A stretch of DNA of 64,000 nt from a virus. The stretch is from positions 33,208 through 97,207 of IMG/VR virus record IMGVR_UViG_3300025071_000006; one strand, written 5' to 3'. Below, in pieces: positions 1-6,696 of this stretch (positions are counted from its first letter, which is position 1; each line of letters begins with the position of its first letter). A program made the translations under genes and the position numbers. Under the pieces are notes generated by a model, which had not been told where the DNA came from, did not search any database, and saw only the letters and a program-made list of their open reading frames with translations.

Positions 1-297
1 CTCTTTAGTAGTAAATTCTTGTAGTTGAGGTTCATTTGGGTGATCAAACCAGCCTATTTCATCTGGTGTTATTACTACTGTACCTTCTTCATCTAATAAG
101 AAAGGTCTAACAGGATAACCATATTCATCTATGTTGATTAATCTTTTGTTTGCTAGTTCAGTAGTACTTTTGTCTATTGCAAAGACTTCAACTACTTCTT
201 TATCTGTACCAACATACAACAAGTTCATGAATAATGATCCTGGTTCTATTTCATCCGGTCCGTACGAATGAAACACTAATTCTAAAGCTATCCACAT
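1..297 (-). CDS. Hypothetical protein, runs off left edge (MWIALELVFHSYGPDEIEPG...)
   Basis: Manual translation: ATG at 297, open for 99 codons to position 1; starts 1 nt after the stop of the upstream minus-strand ORF. Not in track. Confidence 0.75.
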   Translation of the reverse strand, partial: MWIALELVFHSYGPDEIEPGSLFMNLLYVGTDKEVVEVFAIDKSTTELANKRLINIDEYGYPVRPFLLDEEGTVVITPDEIGWFDHPNEPQLQEFTTKE

Positions 298-298
298 A

Positions 299-460
299 TT
301 ATTTATATTTTAATGTCATACCGTTTAAGGTAAAGTTAGTATTACATACATTACATTGGCCATCATGTTGTGTATATCTCATCACAACTGTGCCTTTAAA
401 GCACTCTGGACACATGATGTGTGGTTGCTTATTACTTGCCATTTCGTTTAAATCTTTCAT
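299..460 (-). CDS. Small zinc-ribbon-like protein (CPEC...CNVC), 53 aa
   Basis: Manual translation MKDLNEMASNKQPHIMCPECFKGTVVMRYTQHDGQCNVCNTNFTLNGMTLKYK; two CxxC pairs; alternative start at 442. Confidence 0.7.
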   Translation of the reverse strand: MKDLNEMASNKQPHIMCPECFKGTVVMRYTQHDGQCNVCNTNFTLNGMTLKYK

Positions 461-465
461 ATTTA

Positions 466-714
466 TTAGTTTATTATGTAACCCTTAGGGTCATCGGTTA
501 TATTTACTTCTACCCATCCTTTCTCAGAATAGTCTGCTTCTGCGTTATGGCCTTCTTCTCTTAGCTCTCCTTCTAGAATTAAAGCTGCTTCCCATAAACT
601 GCGTTCAGGTATCTCATCGTGCTCATCATCATATACTATTGCACCTCTTGCTTCATAACAATGATTACCTTTATCATAGTTAAATATAAGTCCGTTTATC
701 TTTCTTCTTTTCAT
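466..714 (-). CDS. Hypothetical acidic protein, 82 aa
   Basis: ORF track; tightly packed in the minus-strand gene run. Confidence 0.75.
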   Translation of the reverse strand: MKRRKINGLIFNYDKGNHCYEARGAIVYDDEHDEIPERSLWEAALILEGELREEGHNAEADYSEKGWVEVNITDDPKGYIIN

Positions 715-724
715 TTCGTTTATG

Positions 725-967
725 TTAATTATCTTCTAAATTATTTATTGCTTCTGTCTCTAGCTCTTCTAATAAGTCTTCACGTACAAGATCTATTATA
801 TCTGTATCTTCTATCATGACTTTGTATACTTCATATTCTGAAGCACTGCCTGGATAATCGTGTGTCATATCTTCTGATGGTGTATAGTATCCTTCTAATG
901 TTAGGTATATATCACAACATTTAACTATTACTGTTGTGGTTCTATGCTCATTGTTATATTTTGCCAT
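725..967 (-). CDS. Hypothetical acidic protein, 80 aa
   Basis: ORF track; packed in minus-strand run. Confidence 0.75.
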   Translation of the reverse strand: MAKYNNEHRTTTVIVKCCDIYLTLEGYYTPSEDMTHDYPGSASEYEVYKVMIEDTDIIDLVREDLLEELETEAINNLEDN

Positions 968-1284
968 TTTCCTCCTTTTAATTCTTTATTGACAAGAAAG
1001 TCTATCCTTCTAGTCCATCTCTTATTCATTCTGTCTTGTACAGTCCATAGTCCGTCCATAATCCCTGCACCTTCAATACAAACTAATGTACCAAATGTAT
1101 AACCTAAAGGTTCAAGATCTCTGGACACTGCTATCCATCTATGTCCTGCAGGATTGAGACTATCAATAACCTTGTTGGATGCTGTAATGAATGGTGTACT
1201 GTCTGTCTGTGCTGGCACAGCATGATAAATCGTAGCTGTAACTGACACTTTCAATGTAAATAGTATTAGTATAAATGTTTTCAT
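928..1284 (-). CDS. 3D (Asp-Asp-Asp)-domain / double-psi-barrel cell-wall-associated protein with N-terminal signal or anchor
   Basis: TATIYHAVPAQTDSTPFITAS...IAVSRDL...GTLVCIEG...VQDRM...RIDFL resembles the 3D/MltA-B pattern; hydrophobic N-terminus. Confidence 0.7.
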   Translation of the reverse strand: MKTFILILFTLKVSVTATIYHAVPAQTDSTPFITASNKVIDSLNPAGHRWIAVSRDLEPLGYTFGTLVCIEGAGIMDGLWTVQDRMNKRWTRRIDFLVNKELKGGKWQNITMSIEPQQ

Positions 1285-1374
1285 TTTTTTAGATTTTTAT
1301 AGATAGACTGTCTGCTCTCCTGCAGCGTTGAGGTTTACTAGTATACCATGATTGTTTTGCCAGTCTTCTATATG

Positions 1375-1485
1375 TTAGTAAAATGGTGTATCATCTCGGT
1401 CAGGATCTTCACCTTCTCCTATATCAGGAAGAAAGTAACAAATGACTATATATGCCACTATTATTAGGCCTATGATTTTTTCCAT
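1375..1485 (-). CDS. Small membrane peptide, 36 aa
   Basis: Manual translation MEKIIGLIIVAYIVICYFLPDIGEGEDPDRDDTPFY; starts 2 nt after upstream stop. Confidence 0.55.
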   Translation of the reverse strand: MEKIIGLIIVAYIVICYFLPDIGEGEDPDRDDTPFY

Positions 1486-1487
1486 AG

Positions 1488-1637
1488 CTAGTATCCTATA
1501 TCTTCTAGTTGATCATCATCTGCTTCCACAGTGTATTCAGAGTTCTGTATTGAGCATAAGAATAGTAGTCCTGTTGCAAATGCAACCTTTCTGAATCTAT
1601 AGAATGCTGTAGGTAATAGTTTAATCTTGCGTTTCAT
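1488..1637 (-). CDS. Small hypothetical protein, 49 aa
   Basis: Manual translation MKRKIKLLPTAFYRFRKVAFATGLLFLCSIQNSEYTVEADDDQLEDIGY; ATGA overlap with upstream ORF. Confidence 0.55.
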   Translation of the reverse strand: MKRKIKLLPTAFYRFRKVAFATGLLFLCSIQNSEYTVEADDDQLEDIGY

Positions 1638-1774
1638 AATCTTATTATATTTATTATTAGTAATAGTATAAAGGAAACTATCAAACCTATATAGGAGATA
1701 GTTGTAATAATCATAGTAGACTCATACTGTTGTTCTGATCTACCTTGTCGGTATTTATAATCTTCTTTTGTCAT
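1634..1774 (-). CDS. Small membrane protein, 46 aa
   Basis: Manual translation MTKEDYKYRQGRSEQQYESTMIITTISYIGLIVSFILLLIINIIRL; C-terminal TM-like stretch; translational coupling. Confidence 0.6.
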   Translation of the reverse strand: MTKEDYKYRQGRSEQQYESTMIITTISYIGLIVSFILLLIINIIRL

Positions 1775-1814
1775 GTTAATGCTATATATTTATTATAGGT
1801 GTGTTATATATTAG

Positions 1815-1840
1815 AGTGGGAAATAGTGGTGAAAAGTGGG
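1815..1840. promoter_or_regulatory. Three phased AGTGG(G/T) direct repeats with 10-nt period (protein-binding-site-like)
   Basis: AGTGG at 1815, 1825 and 1835 in intergenic DNA, followed by inverted repeat GTACT-G-AGTAC (1840-1850). Confidence 0.5.
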
Positions 1841-1971
1841 TACTGAGTACACTACTTCTTTAGTATTCACATAAAATACATCAGAAGTACACAAATAGTA
1901 GTAGTATCCGTACTATATAGGTGTTATGTCTTATAATAAAGCCCAACCCTAACTCTTCCCACCCTATATAT

Positions 1972-2002
1972 AAAGAAACTAAGAGTGCAATTGCTCGCAC
2001 TC
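1972..2002 (-). terminator. Probable intrinsic terminator after the 148-aa leftward gene
   Basis: GAGTGC/GCACTC stem (1983-1988/1997-2002) followed on the minus strand by TTAGTTTCTTT. Confidence 0.6.
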
Positions 2003-2022
2003 CCAGTACTTATTAGTTGCTA

Positions 2023-2469
2023 TTAGAATGCAACCAGTTCACTTGCGTCAAGCACAGGTGCAACGTAAGCTTCCACTTTGCCAGCATCAAACTCAAGCAA
2101 TGCATTAGCGTTATCAGGCATCTCGATTGCAGGGTAGCTCTCAAACAATTCAGCACCTGTTTCAGGGTCATGCATTTGATCGCCATTACTATCACGCTTG
2201 AAGGCTTGACTTTCGTAAATGCTAAAGCCTAATAGGTTAGGAATGCTGATGCTCTTATCACGAATGCCTTCACTTACTTTCTTGGAGCAAGTGATAGCAA
2301 GCTCTGTTCCGTCAGCCTTCTGCAGGATGCACATTACTCTTCGTGTGCCACTAAGGTTGGACTTGATCAACTTAAGTTTTCCATCTGTTCCAATTAGTTC
2401 TGCAACTACTGCAAGTTCTTTTCTGTCAATGAGGGTTCTCTCCCCAAATTTTAATAAATCTTTATTCAT
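2023..2469 (-). CDS. Hypothetical protein, 148 aa, stand-alone transcription unit
   Basis: ORF track; flanked by long intergenic spacers and own terminator; overlapping ORFs in other frames look like shadows. Confidence 0.8.
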   Translation of the reverse strand: MNKDLLKFGERTLIDRKELAVVAELIGTDGKLKLIKSNLSGTRRVMCILQKADGTELAITCSKKVSEGIRDKSISIPNLLGFSIYESQAFKRDSNGDQMHDPETGAELFESYPAIEMPDNANALLEFDAGKVEAYVAPVLDASELVAF

Positions 2470-2504
2470 CTCTAATGTATTAGGTTTGCATGTCTTATGC
2501 TAAG

Positions 2505-2517
2505 GGGGGATACCCCC
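2505..2517. promoter_or_regulatory. Perfect 5-bp G:C hairpin with 3-nt loop (GGGGG-ATA-CCCCC)
   Basis: Read directly; lies 35 nt upstream of the leftward ATG at 2469. Function inferred only. Confidence 0.4.
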
Positions 2518-2612
2518 ACCATGCTTTTTTTAATTGGGGTTTCAATTGGAAGGGGTCTTCTATCGCACACACACGAGGGGTGGGGTGGTTTGGAAAAAAG
2601 TTTTATATAAAA

Positions 2613-2645
2613 TTTGGAACTTTGGGGTAGAATGTTATACCTTTG
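2613..2645 (+). promoter_or_regulatory. Bacteroidota-type primary sigma promoter P1
   Basis: TTTG (2613-2616)-N21-TACCTTTG (2638-2645) matches the -33/-7 consensus TTTG...TAnnTTTG. Confidence 0.65.
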
Positions 2646-2751
2646 GAGGGTGGGTGGGTTATTAATAATAAGAAATATGCTTAGCGATGTTCCTAAAGAC
2701 AGGTTAAAGTATGAATGATTAAACATAATATAGCTTTTATAGCAAGATAAT

Positions 2752-2784
2752 TTTGATATGTTAATTATATTTTATATATATTTG
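2752..2784 (+). promoter_or_regulatory. Bacteroidota-type primary sigma promoter P2
   Basis: TTTG (2752-2755)-N21-TATATTTG (2777-2784), 29 nt upstream of ATG 2814. Confidence 0.7.
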
Positions 2785-2813
2785 CATATAGTATAAGCCA
2801 ACATAACTAAATA

Positions 2814-3242
2814 ATGGAAACAAGGAAACAAAAGATAGTACAAAAGCTAGGTAAAGAGTATGATGACAAGTATAAACTTGCACAGAAGTACTATGCTGTA
2901 CTGTCTGCTTTGAATAACTTAAAGCTTACAGAAAGAGAAGTACAACTTATAGCCTATACAGCTATTAAGGGCACAATCACCTATGCAAACGCAAGGAATG
3001 AGTTCTGTGATAAGTACAAAACCACTACAGCTACAATCAATAACATTGTAAGTAAGCTTAAGAGAGTGGGTATATTCATCAAAGAAGATGGTAAAGTGAA
3101 AGTCAATCCTGTAATAGTTTTAGACTTTGATAAGCATATTAATCTGTTTATACAACTACAACATGAAGAAGATCGACAAGAAAACATTATCACTCAGGCA
3201 GCATATAGTAAAGAAGATGTCAGTGAAGATGGTGGTAAGTGA
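2814..3242 (+). CDS. Winged-helix DNA-binding protein
   Basis: LTEREVQLIAY...TTATINNIVSKLKRVGIFIKEDGKVKVNP resembles wHTH recognition helix plus wing. Confidence 0.6.
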   Translation: METRKQKIVQKLGKEYDDKYKLAQKYYAVLSALNNLKLTEREVQLIAYTAIKGTITYANARNEFCDKYKTTTATINNIVSKLKRVGIFIKEDGKVKVNPVIVLDFDKHINLFIQLQHEEDRQENIITQAAYSKEDVSEDGGK

Positions 3243-3510
3243 GACAGTTATTGAGAGAGTGATCACACATCAGTTTAATGCTGCAGAAGATGCCACTAAA
3301 ACAAACAACAGTTTGGAGATTTCTGGGTTTGGAAAATTTGTTTTTAATACATCTAAAGCGAATAAAAAAATCGTAAAGCTTATTAAAGCAAAGAAGGTAT
3401 ACGAACAGCAGCTAGTCGAGAATACATTGCCAACAAAGAAATTAGATGTAATCAAAAGCAAGTTGAGCAATCTTAATCTTACGTTGAACTCAATCGCACC
3501 TAAAGTCTAA
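3163..3510 (+). CDS. HU/IHF-like DNA-binding protein
   Basis: Likely start ATG 3163 (MKKIDKK...) rather than 3127; motif SLEISGFGKFVF typical of HU/IHF; overlaps upstream ORF by 80 nt. Confidence 0.7.
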   Translation: MKKIDKKTLSLRQHIVKKMSVKMVVSETVIERVITHQFNAAEDATKTNNSLEISGFGKFVFNTSKANKKIVKLIKAKKVYEQQLVENTLPTKKLDVIKSKLSNLNLTLNSIAPKV

Positions 3511-3513
3511 GCT

Positions 3514-3816
3514 ATGTACAAAAACCTAAAAATAAACGTAGGTCAAATATACGAAGGATGGAAGAATAAGCTACTCCCTGATGCAGATATGAAGGAGCAG
3601 ATAGATTTAGTTAGTGCTGAAAGGATAGCCATCTGTGAAGCCTGTGACAATCATTCTAATAACCACTCAACGAAAAGACCAGATGCACATTGCGTTAGTT
3701 GTGGATGCACTTTGTCAGCTAAAACAAAATGCCTATCTTGCGAATGTCCTATACATAAATGGGCAGCAGTGTTAAATGATGATCAACAAGATATAATTGA
3801 AGATAGAAAGTTATGA
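3514..3816 (+). CDS. Cys-rich zinc-binding protein
   Basis: RIAICEAC...CVSCGCTLSAKTKCLSCECPIHKW pattern. Confidence 0.7.
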   Translation: MYKNLKINVGQIYEGWKNKLLPDADMKEQIDLVSAERIAICEACDNHSNNHSTKRPDAHCVSCGCTLSAKTKCLSCECPIHKWAAVLNDDQQDIIEDRKL

Positions 3817-4085
3817 GCATAAAGTTAACTAAGGTATCAGTATCAGGTATGATAGATATGTTAAAAAAGATTTATGACGATGGTGCAGATTATGTAGACA
3901 TCGAAGCTCATCCAACAGATGGGGAACAAGACATGATTAAGATCAATGTCAGACCGGAGTACTATATGGATTCAGAACAGTCTGATACATATGATACAGA
4001 TCCAGAATATATGGTTACCGAACAAGATTTTGAGGAAGATTTTCCTCCTATATCTGATGAGGACATAAATGACTTAATCAAGTAA
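3813..4085 (+). CDS. Hypothetical acidic protein, 90 aa
   Basis: ORF track; ATGA coupling. Confidence 0.75.
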   Translation: MSIKLTKVSVSGMIDMLKKIYDDGADYVDIEAHPTDGEQDMIKINVRPEYYMDSEQSDTYDTDPEYMVTEQDFEEDFPPISDEDINDLIK

Positions 4086-4089
4086 ACCA

Positions 4090-4338
4090 ATGTACGTAAA
4101 GAAAATAATTAAGATTATAGATCTCCTAAAGAAGCTACATCCTACAGTAAATATAGGAAAGCATATTGCAACAGCTTTAGATGGTGAAGATGTATGGTCT
4201 ATAACAGATAAAAAGTTTTATAACTTAATAAACGATTACCAAGCTCAATTAGATCTTGTAGAGATTACAGATTCTAACTTTGATGTAGATAAGATAATAG
4301 AAGATGGGCTATCAATAGGTAATAACCTAATAGATTAA
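4090..4338 (+). CDS. Hypothetical protein, 82 aa
   Basis: ORF track; packed in operon. Confidence 0.75.
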   Translation: MYVKKIIKIIDLLKKLHPTVNIGKHIATALDGEDVWSITDKKFYNLINDYQAQLDLVEITDSNFDVDKIIEDGLSIGNNLID

Positions 4339-4342
4339 CTGG

Positions 4343-4672
4343 ATGCCAGTAAAAAAAACTACATTTATAAATGCAGAACTTGATTGGGCTGAAGGACAAT
4401 TAGTCCAATGGAAAGCTTATGTTGATGCAAACCCTCTACCTGAATTAAAAGATAGAATAGAGTGGAAACAAACTGCCAATGGTGGTTCTATACCAATGGT
4501 TGTAGCTTCTATTGAAGCACAAGGTAAGTTTATACAAGATACTATGAAGAACTACTTATCCTTACTTGGTCAAGTAGATGGATTACGTGAAAGAGAAGTA
4601 AAAAAAGTAGAAACAAGAGGTGGTGCAACATTAGGTAGTATGGCTGAAGACTTTCTAAAACAAAGAGACTAG
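4343..4672 (+). CDS. Hypothetical protein, candidate terminase small subunit by position only
   Basis: Helical 109-aa ORF directly upstream of terL. Confidence 0.4.
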   Translation: MPVKKTTFINAELDWAEGQLVQWKAYVDANPLPELKDRIEWKQTANGGSIPMVVASIEAQGKFIQDTMKNYLSLLGQVDGLREREVKKVETRGGATLGSMAEDFLKQRD

Positions 4673-4674
4673 GT

Positions 4675-6696
4675 ATGAAGCTTCATAACATTACTCATAG
4701 TGAATGGTTTATTAACCAGAAGCGTATACCACCAAAAGACTCAGCAGATCACAAAGCCTTCTTTGATTTTCAAAAGGAACTATGTATGAACGGATGCATG
4801 ATGGATGGTGTATACATAAATCCATTTTTATATTGGCACTTAAATGTATGGCATACAGAAGTAGATACTATAGATGAGTATGGTAGGATAAATCAAAAGT
4901 ATGCAAACCCTCTACTAAGAGATAATGAGTGGTTAGTAACTAATGAGATAGACAGAGCACATAAAGAAAAGAAAGGACTAGTTATACTAGGAATTAGACG
5001 TTTTGCAAAGTCTGTTATAGAAGCTAGTTACATTGGTCACGGTGCAACCTTTGATGAGAACTCACAAAATATTATTGCAGGTTTGAATGCACCTGATATA
5101 AAACTAATTACAGATAAAATAGACAAAGGTCTAAACTTTCTTCCTAAAGAATGGAGATGGCAAAGAGTAGAAGACAATTGGAAAAACCAAGTCACCTTAG
5201 GTATAAAAACTAAAGGTGGAACAAGAATACCATTCTCACAGATTCTTATTCGTAACTTAGATGGAGGTAATAACGAAGAAGCTATTGCAGGTACAAAACC
5301 TAGAAGACTAATTATTGATGAGATAGGTAAAGGCAATTTCCTACGTGGACTACAAGCTGCAATACCAGGATTCACCACACCATTTGGGTGGGGTTGTTCT
5401 CCTATACTCACCGGTACAGGTGGGGACATGAAAATGTTTATGGATGCAAAAAGCTTAATGTTTGATGTAGATAATTTTAACTTTCTAACATATAACAATG
5501 CAAAGGACACTAAAAGAATCCACGGATTATTCATTTCACATAAGTATAGAATGGAAGCAAAAGAAGACTCCACATTGGGTTCTTTTTTGGGCAAGAAAAA
5601 AACATCCTCTCTGCACGAGATACCTATGTTAGTTTCGAATGAAGAGAAAGCTACCAAAATTACAAATGAAATATTAGAAAGATTAAAGAAGGCTGGTGAC
5701 AGAGTTGCTTTCTTAAAAGAAAAGATGTACTACCCTCAAGAGGTGGATGATATATTCTTAAATGAAGATACAAACATCTTTGATATAGAAGCTGCAAAGA
5801 GACAGAAGTATAGAATTAATGAACAAGAAAAAACAGGAGTTCCTGTAATTTTATATGATGATGGAGAAGGTGTAAAACATGACTTTACAGATAAGTTACC
5901 TATTACTAACTTTCCATTAAAACAAACAGATCTAAAAGATGCACCTGCTGTTATATATGAATTTCCTGTAGAAAATCCTCCATATGGCCTGTATGTTGCA
6001 GGAATTGATCCATATAGACAAGGTAAATCAGCATATAGTACGTCATTAGGTTCTATATACATATATAAACGTATGCATGCTATAGCTGGTGAGAAGTATC
6101 AAGATATGTTTGTTGCAAGCTATTGTGCACGTCCTGACAAGAAAGAAACATGGGATGAGCAAGCTAGATTACTAATTAAGTATTATAATGCTAGAGCGTT
6201 ATGTGAAAACGATGAGATATCTTTTATTGATTATATGATTAGTAAAGGAGATGCACATTACTTAGAAAGACAACCAGAATGGTTAAAAGAAATAGTACCA
6301 AACACTACAGTGAGACGTGACTATGGAATACACAGGTCTTCAGAAAAAGTAAGAGACTTTCTACACGGATGTCTTAAGAAATATACTGAAGATGTTATAC
6401 ATACCGAACTTGATGATGAGGGAGAAATAATCTCATCAGTTAAAGGTATGGCTAAAATATTAGATCCTGTACTACTAGAAGAGATGATACAATATAATGA
6501 GTCTGGTAACTTTGATAGAATTATTGCAGCTGAGTTAGCAATAGGACTAGCAATGAAGTTAGACCCAATGATGGGTAGAGTAGGAGATAAAGAAGATGCG
6601 AGACTAACGTCCCTCTTCAAAACAAATAAGAAAAACATTCTTTTTACAGAGTCAAGAAATCTCTTTGGAAGGAAGAAAAATAAACTTTTTTCATAA
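4675..6696 (+). CDS. terL: Terminase large subunit
   Basis: Walker A-like GIRRFAKS, Walker B LIIDEIG, coupling TGTGG, nuclease YVAGIDPY and C-terminal NFDRI; upstream of portal. Confidence 0.93.
   Translation: MKLHNITHSEWFINQKRIPPKDSADHKAFFDFQKELCMNGCMMDGVYINPFLYWHLNVWHTEVDTIDEYGRINQKYANPLLRDNEWLVTNEIDRAHKEKKGLVILGIRRFAKSVIEASYIGHGATFDENSQNIIAGLNAPDIKLITDKIDKGLNFLPKEWRWQRVEDNWKNQVTLGIKTKGGTRIPFSQILIRNLDGGNNEEAIAGTKPRRLIIDEIGKGNFLRGLQAAIPGFTTPFGWGCSPILTGTGGDMKMFMDAKSLMFDVDNFNFLTYNNAKDTKRIHGLFISHKYRMEAKEDSTLGSFLGKKKTSSLHEIPMLVSNEEKATKITNEILERLKKAGDRVAFLKEKMYYPQEVDDIFLNEDTNIFDIEAAKRQKYRINEQEKTGVPVILYDDGEGVKHDFTDKLPITNFPLKQTDLKDAPAVIYEFPVENPPYGLYVAGIDPYRQGKSAYSTSLGSIYIYKRMHAIAGEKYQDMFVASYCARPDKKETWDEQARLLIKYYNARALCENDEISFIDYMISKGDAHYLERQPEWLKEIVPNTTVRRDYGIHRSSEKVRDFLHGCLKKYTEDVIHTELDDEGEIISSVKGMAKILDPVLLEEMIQYNESGNFDRIIAAELAIGLAMKLDPMMGRVGDKEDARLTSLFKTNKKNILFTESRNLFGRKKNKLFS

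Noticed and set aside
2481-2488. TAGGTTTG on the plus strand as a further promoter
   Set aside because: No TTTG at -33 spacing; it coincides with the AAACCTA-type leader of the leftward gene.
3163-3242. 80-nt overlap between wHTH and HU-like genes
   Set aside because: Most simply a read-through C-terminal tail; no slippery site or structure noticed.
4990-5020. Terminase Walker A reads RRFAKS instead of a Gly-containing form
   Set aside because: Terminase Walker A motifs are commonly deviant and all other motifs are intact; not evidence of inactivation.
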